This document shows positions 37,510 through 47,864 of a stretch of 64,000 nucleotides of DNA, in pieces. The notes under the pieces were generated by a model, which was not told the origin of the DNA, searched no databases, and saw only the letters and a program-made list of their open reading frames with translations. The translations under genes were made by a program, and so were the position numbers. The stretch is taken from the IMG/VR virus record IMGVR_UViG_3300031260_000038, positions 15,099 through 79,098 of that record. One strand, given 5' to 3'. The first letter of the stretch is position 1. Every line of letters begins with the position of its first letter. The stretch comes from a virus (lineage: Duplodnaviria; Caudoviricetes).

Positions 37510-37849
37510 CTCCTATCTTCTCGACTATATCTATACATTCAAAAACACGCTTTTTATACCTTTTATGTTGAGCACTATTCTTGTTATCAAAGAATAATTT
37601 AGGCATGGCTGAAAGTTTAGCCATTAAATCAACAAAGAAAAAACTATCTTTAAAAACAACTTCCTGTGCACCGTCAAGCTCGGCTATGATAGACTCATAA
37701 TAACTTTTAAAGTCATCTTCGCTACCTTCTCTGACAGGAAGTAGTTTGTATATTTTGCCAACAAGTCTTTTGATATAATTTATTTTTTGTTCTTCAGAAA
37801 AGTAAAAGCTCATTATCTTCGCCGCCTGTCTGACAAAGCAGTTTTCCAA
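37475..37849 (-). CDS. Hypothetical virion protein
   Basis: KIYKLLP...KKRVFECI; position. Confidence 0.45.
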   Translation of the reverse strand: MENCFVRQAAKIMSFYFSEEQKINYIKRLVGKIYKLLPVREGSEDDFKSYYESIIAELDGAQEVVFKDSFFFVDLMAKLSAMPKLFFDNKNSAQHKRYKKRVFECIDIVEKIGVELSGEGYKDK

Positions 37850-38463
37850 GAAAGCAACTGCATTTTCTTTTCGGCTTCTTCTCTAATAGAAATATACCAA
37901 TTATTTTTTTCTTTAAGACTGTTAGCTTCGGATATTAGCTTGAAATCCTTATCATTTATTAATCTTCTTATATCAAGTAAAAAATTTCTTTCTTTTTCAG
38001 CCCATGCCTTTACCAAAAATAAAGAAAGTATTTCCTGCTCTGCTAAATCTAAATCATCATTAAACTGTCCATCTATATAAATATTAACTATTACATTATC
38101 TACACCTTCTGATGGTATTATTGGCAATGTTACTACATAATTATCTATGCTTATTGCATATTTTGTTCCATCAATTGTGCAATAAAAACTTGCATTAGTT
38201 AAATCTAAAGTTGTATCAGTCAAATTAAATGTATTTGTTTCCCCATCACCGCTGAATATTTCTGTATAAAAAGTCGGCTCGGTAAAATTATTCAGTTTTA
38301 TAGCAGTAGCCGCAGGCATAACAAAATCGGCAATAGCCGCCTTCATTCTCTGGTACATAATACCATAAAAATCCTGTGGGCTTTCTCTGTAATTTTTAGA
38401 AAGAATAGGGTCATCAAACCTTGAAATGGCTTGACTATAAATTGTGGTAAATCCTATCACCAC
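37813..38463 (-). CDS. Probable head-tail adaptor
   Basis: FTTIY...DDP start; position after capsid genes. Confidence 0.45.
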   Translation of the reverse strand: MVIGFTTIYSQAISRFDDPILSKNYRESPQDFYGIMYQRMKAAIADFVMPAATAIKLNNFTEPTFYTEIFSGDGETNTFNLTDTTLDLTNASFYCTIDGTKYAISIDNYVVTLPIIPSEGVDNVIVNIYIDGQFNDDLDLAEQEILSLFLVKAWAEKERNFLLDIRRLINDKDFKLISEANSLKEKNNWYISIREEAEKKMQLLSWKTALSDRRRR

Positions 38464-38474
38464 TCAGCCCCCCT

Positions 38475-39194
38475 TTACCCTGCCATCTTTTTAGCTTTTT
38501 TGTATTCATCAGCAATAGCTTGTATGTCTTTATCACTAGCTTCGCTAAGAGCTTCTATTTTGTTCTTATCATTAAAACCACTAATACCTTCAACACTATT
38601 TTTTACAAACATATCAACAATCATAGCCTTATACTTATCATTCGTTCTCTTATAAAGACCAACAAGACTTTCGGAATCAAGCTCACCAAGTTTGTCCATC
38701 ATCTTTTTATCAATAAAATCTTTATATTTTCCTTCAAGACCAAAATTCTTAATAAGCTCGCTGTCATCAAAAACAAATGCACCAGACTCAGCAAATCGCC
38801 TATTCATTCTAGCAACGTTAGCGGCGGCTTCATATCTAATATATTGTTTATCACCATAACCATAAAGAGTTACAAATTCTCCTGCATGACCGCTTTTAAG
38901 TGTTAAACTTTCGCCGTCATACATGCAAAGAATAGAAACAATTCTATTAGGGTCAGGACCATTATAAACATTAGTTGTTTCAGCCGTTACCGCAACTGGC
39001 TTCTCGGCTAATTGTTTTTGTAGTTGTGATATTGTTTTCTGCTGTTCTTCAATCAGCTTCATAATAGCATCAATATCAGCACTATTGTCTCTTTTTTCAA
39101 CAATATCAGGAACTACGGGTTTAGTCACAGCCGCCTTCGGCTTACTTGCTGTAGTAGTTTTTCGTGTTGTAGTTTTCTTAGGTTCTGTTGCCAT
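38475..39194 (-). CDS. Hypothetical virion-associated protein
   Basis: K/T/P-rich N-terminus; directly downstream of capsid. Confidence 0.5.
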   Translation of the reverse strand: MATEPKKTTTRKTTTASKPKAAVTKPVVPDIVEKRDNSADIDAIMKLIEEQQKTISQLQKQLAEKPVAVTAETTNVYNGPDPNRIVSILCMYDGESLTLKSGHAGEFVTLYGYGDKQYIRYEAAANVARMNRRFAESGAFVFDDSELIKNFGLEGKYKDFIDKKMMDKLGELDSESLVGLYKRTNDKYKAMIVDMFVKNSVEGISGFNDKNKIEALSEASDKDIQAIADEYKKAKKMAG

Positions 39195-39273
39195 TTTTTA
39201 AATTCTCCTTTTATTCAATTAGGGGCAAGGCTTACGCCCCACCCCCGCAAAAATCAAATATTATTTTTAATTA

Positions 39274-40446
39274 TTAGCCTAAGTCCATGATACCATACCA
39301 TGCTGATGTAGCAACTGATACGCCATACTTATGCTTAACAGAGATAACAAGCTCTCTATCAGCCATTGTCTCAGGAGCTGACTCAATCTGCATTGAACCA
39401 CCTTCCATAACAATCTTAACAGGTCTGTCACTTACTAGCGGCAAGAAATAAAGTCTGGTGTCATCTGCCAACATTTCAAAAGTACCTGAACTATGTACAG
39501 TACCCTTCTTGATAGCATTAGGCATCAGCATCAGGTTAGTACCCTTATAAGTACCAACATAACCCGCATTAACATACTCAGGCGAAATTCCATACAGAAG
39601 ACCATCAGCAGAAGGAATTACTGAACCAAGAGCTGTTCTTGTACCTGTAACAAAAATAGAAGCATTAGCATTAGCCGCAGAAATTCTATCACTCATTGTC
39701 AGCCAGTTAGCATCAGTAAAACCACCAAGTTTCAGAGCGGCAGGGAGCGTAGCATAACTATCATCAAGAGTCTTATAAACTCTATAACCGATGTCATGAG
39801 CAAAGCTGTTAGCAACTCTTGTTACCCAATCGCCCAAGTCAAATCTGCCTGTTACCATCTTGAACCAGTCAATAGCGATAGTAACATCGTAATTCTCTGT
39901 CTTAACAATAAACTCTGTGTCATAGATTCTCTGGATAGCTCCATGTCTCTCACCAGTAGAACTTCTGTTTACTGTGAACAACTGGCTAGAAGGAACTTCA
40001 AACTTAGCTGTATCACCAAAAGCTGTATCTCTTACTTCGCCAAATCCTGCATAGTTGAAAGCAACGATACCAGATGTGATTGAAGGGAGGGCCATAGCCA
40101 TAATAGCATAGAACCTGTTCTGGAAAGAACTGTTTTTCTTAATCATAGGGTTCTTCATTGACTCAGGATTCTCGATGTCAGCATAGTCAATGCCTTCGCA
40201 AGAATACTTTAGAATAGCCTTTGAAAGAGCCTTATTCTTTTCGTCATAATCCTTATCGTCAGAATATGTAGAGAAAAAGCTGTTTTTCTCTGCCATAACT
40301 GCCTGATTGTAAGGTGTAATCAAAGAATTTCCCTTATGCTGTTTGTACATGAAGTGTTTTGAAAGGTCAACCAGACCTTCTACACAAGCATTGAAAGTTT
40401 CGCCTGCGGCGGGAACTGTCTCTGCACTAAAAAACTTATTAATCAT
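39274..40446 (-). CDS. Major capsid protein
   Basis: 390 aa after protease and decoration genes; FGEVRDTAFGDTAKF; Ala/Gly-rich, highly-expressed codon usage. Confidence 0.75.
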   Translation of the reverse strand: MINKFFSAETVPAAGETFNACVEGLVDLSKHFMYKQHKGNSLITPYNQAVMAEKNSFFSTYSDDKDYDEKNKALSKAILKYSCEGIDYADIENPESMKNPMIKKNSSFQNRFYAIMAMALPSITSGIVAFNYAGFGEVRDTAFGDTAKFEVPSSQLFTVNRSSTGERHGAIQRIYDTEFIVKTENYDVTIAIDWFKMVTGRFDLGDWVTRVANSFAHDIGYRVYKTLDDSYATLPAALKLGGFTDANWLTMSDRISAANANASIFVTGTRTALGSVIPSADGLLYGISPEYVNAGYVGTYKGTNLMLMPNAIKKGTVHSSGTFEMLADDTRLYFLPLVSDRPVKIVMEGGSMQIESAPETMADRELVISVKHKYGVSVATSAWYGIMDLG

Positions 40447-40503
40447 TTTGTAATATCTCCTTTATTATTTCTTAAATTTTATTGTAATTTTAATACTTAT
40501 TTA

Positions 40504-41067
40504 TTAAGGGTTTACTAAATCAGCGATAGGTGTATTCCTAACAACTCTAACAAGAGTTCCTGCACCAACATATGTGTTTCCAACTACGACAGGAATGTCT
40601 CTAGCAAGAATTTCGCCTGCAAAAGCATAACCAGTAATAGCATCAGCAAGAATAAATTTACCTTCCTGTCCAGCTGTTGTATCGACAACAATGTATTTCT
40701 GTGTAGTATAAGTACCATTAATAGCTGTATTCTCAATTACAAATTCATCAAAAGGCTGAAGAACTCTTGCTCTTGTAGCATAATTAGCAGGATTGTAAAA
40801 AGCTCTCGGGTCTTTCAGACCAACGTCATAACCTTCAGCAGTACCATTACCATCACCATCAATGATAGCAACGATGTCAGCGGCGGTAGAAGTCAATTCT
40901 GCTGAAAAGCAGTTAGCATCTGTCTCACCAAAAATTGTATCAGTAGGAGCACCAATAACAACGGCTGTACCGTTGTCACAGTCAGCATCAAGAACGACAG
41001 TCTTTACAAGAGAGTCAATGTTCTGTGAAGCCATCAAGCTAGGCTTAAAGATTTTGTGTGTATTCAT
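40504..41067 (-). CDS. Probable capsid decoration protein
   Basis: Between protease and capsid; DCDNG motif. Confidence 0.55.
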   Translation of the reverse strand: MNTHKIFKPSLMASQNIDSLVKTVVLDADCDNGTAVVIGAPTDTIFGETDANCFSAELTSTAADIVAIIDGDGNGTAEGYDVGLKDPRAFYNPANYATRARVLQPFDEFVIENTAINGTYTTQKYIVVDTTAGQEGKFILADAITGYAFAGEILARDIPVVVGNTYVGAGTLVRVVRNTPIADLVNP

Positions 41068-41089
41068 GTTTAATTATCTCCTTTATTTT

Positions 41090-42787
41090 TTATACTTTTT
41101 CAATTATATCCCAACAGCCATTTTTGGCTTTGGTTTCCTGCTTTTTACCAACAGGAATTTTATAACTAACATCTTCAAAAGAACCATTCTTTACGATATG
41201 ATACAAAATATCTTTTTCAAGTTTTTCTGCATCTTCATAATGAACAATCTTTTCTGTCCACTCAGCCGTACCTTCTTTGCCAAGTTTCTCTTCATAAGTT
41301 TTAACTACTTTTGAAAGCTCTGCATTAAGTTTTTCCTGCTCGTATTTTTCGTTTTTACAAGCGAACTCTTCTTTTTCAGCCTTCTCTTTTTCTAGTTCAG
41401 CTTTTGTAGTATCAAGCTCTGCTTTAACTTCTTCAAACTGAATATTCTTTTCATTTAATTCGTTTTCTTTTGCGGTTTTTTCTTCAAACACCTTAGAAAC
41501 AACTTTATTAAATCCGTCTGATTCCATGTAAGAGACTGTTTCAGAACCATCTTCTGCAACTTCGCTAAGTGCAAAACGTATATTAAGTTCCTTTTCATCT
41601 TCTTCCATTAGCAATGTCTCTTCGCCTTCTGCATCTTCACAAGGTTCTACAGCGTATTTCTTAGCAAAGAATTTCATAACGCCATCTTCAATCTTAGCAT
41701 AAGATACAAAATTGTCGTTTACGGATATTAAGTTGTCACCAAATTGTTCAGAGAAAAAAGCCATAATTTTTTCGTTGAGCAAATCAGCACCACCTTCAAA
41801 TTTGATGTTGTCAAATTCTTTCCAAACACCAATCTTTTTTTCTACCTTGATTAATCTAGCGTTTACTGCTGAATAATAAGGCTCGTCTTTATTGCGTTCC
41901 AAGAACCCTCTCGCACTCGAAACCGCTTTTCTGTTATAAACAAGTTTGCCATTTATTATTTGACAAACAGGATAACCAAGTTTTTCTGATGGAGCATCTA
42001 ACCACCCATCTTCTATTAACATATAACATTTTTCAACAAGCTGTTCGTAATTTTCTGCCGCAAGTATCTGCTTTCTAAGCTCTATCTTATCGACATCACC
42101 CCAATCGGTGTCTGACACGCTTGTTTTCTTTAGGTCAATTTTAATTCTATCACCGTAGCCGTATTCAGGTTCGCTCTCAAAAGCAAGCATAAGGGATTGT
42201 GAAAAATTATCAAAGTCTTCTTTTACTATACTCTTAGCACCCCTAATACCAGTTTTCCTATCTTTACCTAAAAATGTTACCGATAATGGCGTAAAATCTT
42301 TTATAACCTGAACACCATTATCATCATAATAATCGTCAACAACTATTTCCATTGAAATGTTATTCATTTTATTCTTTAATAACAACGATTCAATATCTCT
42401 ATTTCTTTCGCTCCAAATAATTGCATCAGCAACTATCCACTTTTTACCATCTTCTTTACTAATACTTATTCTAGGATTACCACTTTCAGGAATAAGACCG
42501 ATAGGCGTTTCAATATATTCATATTCACCCCAACCATCTTCGTCTACACCTTTAAATAAAACTTCATGTCCTAAAAAATCTTTCTTAGCTTTTTCGTATT
42601 TAGCTGAAAGAGAAATATTCCTAAATTTTTGAACAGCAGAGTCTAAACTCTCAGCAAGGAAATTAGACTTATTAGGATTTTCCCCTTCGCTAACAATCCA
42701 TAATTCTACTGGCAAAAATCTTTTATCTCTTTTATAAGAAGTATCTTCAAAATGTTTAATTATACATTTTACAGTTTTAAGAATCAT
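41090..42787 (-). CDS. Prohead protease / scaffold
   Basis: GHE, ETPIG, SMEI, TFLG motifs; acidic coiled-coil C-terminus. Confidence 0.7.
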   Translation of the reverse strand: MILKTVKCIIKHFEDTSYKRDKRFLPVELWIVSEGENPNKSNFLAESLDSAVQKFRNISLSAKYEKAKKDFLGHEVLFKGVDEDGWGEYEYIETPIGLIPESGNPRISISKEDGKKWIVADAIIWSERNRDIESLLLKNKMNNISMEIVVDDYYDDNGVQVIKDFTPLSVTFLGKDRKTGIRGAKSIVKEDFDNFSQSLMLAFESEPEYGYGDRIKIDLKKTSVSDTDWGDVDKIELRKQILAAENYEQLVEKCYMLIEDGWLDAPSEKLGYPVCQIINGKLVYNRKAVSSARGFLERNKDEPYYSAVNARLIKVEKKIGVWKEFDNIKFEGGADLLNEKIMAFFSEQFGDNLISVNDNFVSYAKIEDGVMKFFAKKYAVEPCEDAEGEETLLMEEDEKELNIRFALSEVAEDGSETVSYMESDGFNKVVSKVFEEKTAKENELNEKNIQFEEVKAELDTTKAELEKEKAEKEEFACKNEKYEQEKLNAELSKVVKTYEEKLGKEGTAEWTEKIVHYEDAEKLEKDILYHIVKNGSFEDVSYKIPVGKKQETKAKNGCWDIIEKV

Positions 42788-44355
42788 TAACTAAGCCCCC
42801 TTCCTTCGCTTGTGTTAGCACCGCTTTCAGCACTATCTATAGAACCATCACTTGTCATTTCTTCTTCATCTAATGCGGGTCTACCACCATTGCTCTCTTC
42901 ATCAGAAGATGTTGTAAATGATGTAGGCGGTACTCTAAACATATCATAAATACCAAAAGCATCAACAAGTTCCATAGAACTCTTAGCAGTAACCAAATCT
43001 TGATTACTAAAACTTAAATATTCAAGGTACATATTAGTATTACCACTATCTATCATTTGTTTTACTTCTTTAAATCTTTCGCCATCAGTAAAAACATTTC
43101 CAGACATAACAAAACTACAAGAATCAAAATTCATTATCTTAAAGTGCATATTTATAAACTTCATAAATTGTCCATATATACCATCTATAAATCTTGATTC
43201 AATTATTTGCTGTGTTTTAATAGCACTCATAGAAGGTTTGTCGCTTGTATTAATAAGACCACCAAGAGCTTCATTATAGAAGTTAGAAATACTATCTCCA
43301 ACAATATTATTTCTTGTCTGTGAGTTATCAAAACTAAATGATTTAAAGTCTTCAAACGGAGCGGCTACAAAGTCAACATTGTCTGGCAAACTTGCCCTAA
43401 TAGAGTTTTCATAAAGAACACAAAGTTCAGGCGTAATTGCTGTGTCATCAAGATAAGCACCAGATTTATTGTTCTTTTGTAGTGGAACAGTAGCAGTCAA
43501 TATCTGATTTAAAGGTATTTCAAGTAACTGCTGTTGTAACAATTTATAACTATCTAAATCGTTAGCGTTAATAAATTGTGCCATTAGTGGCGGTACTGCT
43601 TCAGCAACTGTTTCATCAAAACTAAATACAAAGGCATCTTTTATAGGTATTTCAGCCCAATATAAAAATTTCTGGTAACGCTTTTCTACCTGAAAAATAT
43701 CAGGAACTTTGCCAATTATTTTATTTTTGATAGGGTCATAAACCTTGTTTAATTGATTATATATCTCTCTAAATGATTCAGGAAAATAATCAACACTAAC
43801 ACCTTCTGTTATAAAATACATAAAATTAAATGCTATCTGATAACCATAAGGCGTTCTATAAACAACCTTCCACCAATCAGAAGGCAATCTCTGTAGAACC
43901 ATTCCGCTATTAGTATCTCTAACAGCATAGGCGACCTTACCTTCACGCATCACTTCTAAGACTATTTCCCTAAATGTTTTCTTAGGGTCTATAGATTTTA
44001 TCCATTTTACAGCTTGTTCATATTCGTTCTTAAAAACTTTTGCCTTAATAGCACTATTCGGCTCTACCCACCATCTATAACTAAGAATATCAGAATACAA
44101 ATGAGTTTCTTTCATTATCTGTGTTATAGAATTATAAAAATACCAACTGATAGCTCTAAGAGATTGCTCATTATCAGCGGGATTCTCTAACATCTTTTGT
44201 AGCTCAGACCTTGTTTTTCTGCTAGGTGATGTCTTTACCTTTTTGAGTCTATTATTTTGTGAATAAGGATTAAAAACTGCCTGAAAAGAATTTTTAACAT
44301 CAAGCTCTTCAGTTAATCTTTTCCACATATCATATGCTTTCATTTCTTCAGCCAA
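42787..44355 (-). CDS. Portal protein
   Basis: 522 aa directly downstream of terminase; acidic tail with GGRP. Confidence 0.7.
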   Translation of the reverse strand: MAEEMKAYDMWKRLTEELDVKNSFQAVFNPYSQNNRLKKVKTSPSRKTRSELQKMLENPADNEQSLRAISWYFYNSITQIMKETHLYSDILSYRWWVEPNSAIKAKVFKNEYEQAVKWIKSIDPKKTFREIVLEVMREGKVAYAVRDTNSGMVLQRLPSDWWKVVYRTPYGYQIAFNFMYFITEGVSVDYFPESFREIYNQLNKVYDPIKNKIIGKVPDIFQVEKRYQKFLYWAEIPIKDAFVFSFDETVAEAVPPLMAQFINANDLDSYKLLQQQLLEIPLNQILTATVPLQKNNKSGAYLDDTAITPELCVLYENSIRASLPDNVDFVAAPFEDFKSFSFDNSQTRNNIVGDSISNFYNEALGGLINTSDKPSMSAIKTQQIIESRFIDGIYGQFMKFINMHFKIMNFDSCSFVMSGNVFTDGERFKEVKQMIDSGNTNMYLEYLSFSNQDLVTAKSSMELVDAFGIYDMFRVPPTSFTTSSDEESNGGRPALDEEEMTSDGSIDSAESGANTSEGRGLS

Positions 44356-44372
44356 AGATTTTCACCACCCTT

Positions 44373-46073
44373 CTATCTGTCGAAAAATCTACTTTTTCGC
44401 CGCTGTATTTTTTGTATCATTGGCTGTGTTGTTCTCTTTTGTTTTTTAGTTGCTATAATATAATCTGTTAAATCTGTCGTTTTTCTTTCAACGCTATACT
44501 TAAAAGTTCTTATAAACCATATCCCATAAGCGGTAGCCGCCCAACGGTCTTTGTCTATCTTGCTTAAATTTTTAACAACAGAATAACCTTTGCCAGCACC
44601 ATTTTGTTTAAGCTTCAAGTTTGAAACTTCTTCTATAAACAAATCAGTATTAAGATATGGTAAGACTTTTTCTTCGTAGCCCGCACCTGTAGCGACATCA
44701 TATTCATTTAAATTCTTCTGAACAAGCAATCTTAATTGACCACTTTCTACAGCATCAATAAAAGAAACAATAACATCTGTATTAGCACTTTGCGGCTTCA
44801 AGTCAAACATAACTCTCACATAGTTATTTGTATCAGGTTTTGCTTCTGTATTAAAAGTAACAAAACAAGGATAAACTTTACCATTATCATCTTTTGACTC
44901 TTTTAATAATTCATCTCTTAGTCCATTACCAAGACCATTAGAATCAATAATAACAGCCGAACAGTTAAATCCAAAGAACAATTGTTTGGTATATAATGCA
45001 AGTTCAGTAAAAGTAGCTGTGCCAGATAAAACAAACATGTTGACTAAATCTATATGTTTTAACATACCAGATTCATCTCTAATTGCTTCTAGTATAGCCA
45101 AAGCATTTTGGTTATTATTGTCTTTTTCTGAACGAGCAACGTCAACCGCCAAATAAAGTTCTCTATTATCTTTATTGTCAAATAGTGGCAACTCTAATTT
45201 TCTGCTGTTGAATAATTTATTAGGACTTACAAGACTACCATCGCCCGCTCCCGCCCATATAGAATCATAATTCTGAGCAAAAGACAAGGCTGAATTTTCT
45301 TCTTTTTTCTTTAACATTTGCTCTTTTGTTGGGCCTCTGCCAAACCAACAAGCAAGTTGCCAATCTGCTGTCATAACAAATCTACCATTAAGTTCTGCCA
45401 TGTCATCTATCATACCATTAAGTCTTATAAATTCGTCTGAACCCCTAAACCCCGCTGTTGTAAAAAAGTTTATTTGACCATTAAGTTCATAAGGATTTTT
45501 AATTCCTAATTTACCAGTAGTTCTTCTAGGCATTGCAGGAATAGGCTCAAGCACATCTAAAAACAATTCATTGTTTAAAAGAGCGCTCTCTTCTATATTT
45601 AACCTGTGTCTACGTTGACCCTTAGATGTTTGAGCATTAGCAAGAATACTTATTGTAGAGTTGTTGTATAGCGTTACATTAATTTCGTTCTTGTCTATTT
45701 TTAATTTTCTAATTTCATTATTAAGAATAGGCCAATATCTCTTTATCTCCATTATTTTAGCACCTAAAATAGATGCCGCATTTTCTTTAGTTTGAGCAGA
45801 CATAGCCAAATCAACATTAGGATAAAAAATAGCTATCAAAAACATAGCTAAAGCTTCTAAAAACGTCTTTGACCAAGACCTAGGCATGACACCATATACA
45901 GAAAAAAATCTAAGTTGTGCTCTAAGAAATACACGTTGGTCAAAGTCTAAAACAATTCTACCTTCATCTGGCGTAATGGCATCTAAAAATAAATCAGGAA
46001 ACCATATACAAAAAGCTCTAAACTTAGCCCAAGACTCATATTGCTTTTTCTCAATATCTAGCAATTCCATCAC
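44373..46073 (-). CDS. terL: Terminase large subunit
   Basis: PRSWSKT, RRHRLNIEES (Walker B), LAVDVAR nuclease motif, DKDRWAA. Confidence 0.85.
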   Translation of the reverse strand: MMELLDIEKKQYESWAKFRAFCIWFPDLFLDAITPDEGRIVLDFDQRVFLRAQLRFFSVYGVMPRSWSKTFLEALAMFLIAIFYPNVDLAMSAQTKENAASILGAKIMEIKRYWPILNNEIRKLKIDKNEINVTLYNNSTISILANAQTSKGQRRHRLNIEESALLNNELFLDVLEPIPAMPRRTTGKLGIKNPYELNGQINFFTTAGFRGSDEFIRLNGMIDDMAELNGRFVMTADWQLACWFGRGPTKEQMLKKKEENSALSFAQNYDSIWAGAGDGSLVSPNKLFNSRKLELPLFDNKDNRELYLAVDVARSEKDNNNQNALAILEAIRDESGMLKHIDLVNMFVLSGTATFTELALYTKQLFFGFNCSAVIIDSNGLGNGLRDELLKESKDDNGKVYPCFVTFNTEAKPDTNNYVRVMFDLKPQSANTDVIVSFIDAVESGQLRLLVQKNLNEYDVATGAGYEEKVLPYLNTDLFIEEVSNLKLKQNGAGKGYSVVKNLSKIDKDRWAATAYGIWFIRTFKYSVERKTTDLTDYIIATKKQKRTTQPMIQKIQRRKSRFFDR

Positions 46074-47116
46074 AACACTTCTTCCGATTCTTCCTGTGAA
46101 TCAACTTCTCTATAAGTAATCCACTTTTCTAATCTTTTTCTGTTTTCTTCTGTATTGTCTCCCTTAAAAATATCTTCGCCATACTCTTCTATAAATTTAG
46201 CTTTTTCTTTGTCATAAAATTCATAAATTTCAGGATATGTAATATCGCCCATGCCCTTAACTCTTCTTACTCCATTTATTATCTCAAAAATAGTAAAATC
46301 AATAGAGTCTTTGGGCTTTAACTGATATTCTTTTATGCAATCCATTAATTCATCGAATTTTTCAACTTCTCTAAACCATTCGCTAAAAGTGTTTTTCCCG
46401 CCTAAATCAGCTTCGGTCATCTGTTTAGGATTAATCTTAGCCGCATCAGCTGTTTTTCTAGCTTCTTCAAACCAAGACTTAGCGTTTATAGATTCATTGT
46501 TGGCTAAAGCAAGTTCGCCTTTAACCTGAAATCTTATATACTCCTTGAGTTTTTCAGTATGAAAAGCCGTTTTTTCAGGATAAGAAGGTCGTAAAATTTC
46601 ATATTTTTTTTCAAAAGATTCATATTCAACTGGTTTATAACCCCTGCCCCATCTGTCAAGAACTTCTTCTGTAATCTCAAATGGTTTATCCTTTTTTAAT
46701 ACTTCTTGAGTATTATCAACTTCATAGCCGCTAAAATCAGAATCATCAAAGCCACCTGATGCAGAATTTCTTCTATTAAGGTTCTTGAAATATTCACCAA
46801 CAACTTCATTGCCACTTTCAAGAGCCTTCTCTACATATTGATAAATAAATGGTTTATCAATAGTTTTCAATAAATCTATAAAATTATCTAAACTAAAATC
46901 ACCATTTTGGTCTTGAGCTTTTTCTTTTAAACAATCTTTACAAATTGTCATTTTGTTTAAGTTAGTAGATTTGTCAGCATAAAAGTTATCTGCTGTCTTT
47001 TGTTTTGTGCAATGTGTACAAGTTAATATCCATTCTTTTTCATTTTGTGGTCTTGAAGGCTTGACCACTTTAGGCGGTTTCACTTTTTTTAATCCTTCAG
47101 GTAAATTGTCAATCAA
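46070..47116 (-). CDS. Zinc-finger protein, possible terminase small subunit
   Basis: CTHC...CKDC; coupled to terL. Confidence 0.45.
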   Translation of the reverse strand: MIDNLPEGLKKVKPPKVVKPSRPQNEKEWILTCTHCTKQKTADNFYADKSTNLNKMTICKDCLKEKAQDQNGDFSLDNFIDLLKTIDKPFIYQYVEKALESGNEVVGEYFKNLNRRNSASGGFDDSDFSGYEVDNTQEVLKKDKPFEITEEVLDRWGRGYKPVEYESFEKKYEILRPSYPEKTAFHTEKLKEYIRFQVKGELALANNESINAKSWFEEARKTADAAKINPKQMTEADLGGKNTFSEWFREVEKFDELMDCIKEYQLKPKDSIDFTIFEIINGVRRVKGMGDITYPEIYEFYDKEKAKFIEEYGEDIFKGDNTEENRKRLEKWITYREVDSQEESEEVL

Positions 47117-47150
47117 GTCTTCTCACTTCCTTTTTTTCATTAAAAAAAGA

Positions 47151-47294
47151 TTAGCCTTGTTTGGCTAACCTTTTAGTTTTGGCTTTCTCAAGCCGCTTTT
47201 TAATTTTTTCTGCTTTTCTAAGTTTATTTATTTCTCGTCTGCCTTCTATTTTATACTTACTATACTTGTCTTTTGTCTTTTTGTTTTTTGCCAT
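47151..47294 (-). CDS. Very basic 47-aa protein (not in ORF track)
   Basis: MAKNKKTKDKYSKYKIEGRREINKLRKAEKIKKRLEKAKTKRLAKQG; ends in a terminator hairpin. Confidence 0.55.
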   Translation of the reverse strand: MAKNKKTKDKYSKYKIEGRREINKLRKAEKIKKRLEKAKTKRLAKQG

Positions 47295-47358
47295 ATATAA
47301 CACAATCCTTTCATTCATCTATATGCACCGAATATTATACAACATTTGATGCTAATTT

Positions 47359-47433
47359 TGGAGGTCACATTCGGAATTGAACCGAAATCCAAGCATTACA
47401 AGTGCCTTGTTTTTCCTATTAAACTATACGACC
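47359..47433 (-). tRNA. tRNA-Thr(UGU)
   Basis: Cloverleaf; anticodon loop CT-TGT-AA; TTCAATT T-loop; encoded CCA. Confidence 0.85.
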
Positions 47434-47479
47434 ATGTTAGCCAATTATTTCTTTGATAGGAAACTGGTAAAACCCCATT

Positions 47480-47553
47480 TGGAGCGGATAGAGAGACTTG
47501 AACTCTCACAAAAAGTTTGGAAAACTTTTATGCTACCATTACACTACACCCGC
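47480..47553 (-). tRNA. tRNA-Gly(UCC)
   Basis: GCGGGTG/TATCCGC acceptor stem, anticodon TCC, U73, CCA. Confidence 0.9.
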
Positions 47554-47557
47554 ATAT

Positions 47558-47701
47558 TAGCCACTAGCCGCCGATTCGCTCTAGGCGCATGCCAGATAGT
47601 GACTGTCCACTTTTCGTTCATCAGAGCCAGAGAATACTACATGTAGTTGTCTCATGAAAGTGGGAACATCTCTGATATATCCACCGCCTGTGCACTGGCT
47701 A
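47558..47701 (-). ncRNA. Candidate structured RNA between tRNAs
   Basis: Terminal stem TAGCCA/TGGCTA, AGGCG/CGCCT, internal hairpins; GC-richer than surroundings. Confidence 0.35.
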
Positions 47702-47788
47702 AATGAAAACATACAAAAAAATCATTCATTACTGAAAACTCCGCAGAGCCAGTATTTTGCCATTGTCCGCAGACTTTGACTTAACTGA

Positions 47789-47864
47789 TGGTACTCTGAA
47801 AAGGATTTGAACCTTTGACCTACGCTTTAGAAGAGCGTCACTCTGTCCTCTGAGCTACCAGAGT
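47789..47864 (-). tRNA. tRNA-Arg(UCU)
   Basis: ACTCTGG/TCAGAGT acceptor stem, ACGCT-CTTCTAA-AGCGT, CCA. Confidence 0.9.

Noticed and set aside
47606-47670. Canonical hammerhead ribozyme
   Set aside because: No stem II between CUGAUGA and GAAA, and stem I does not abut the core; kept only as an unexplained RNA
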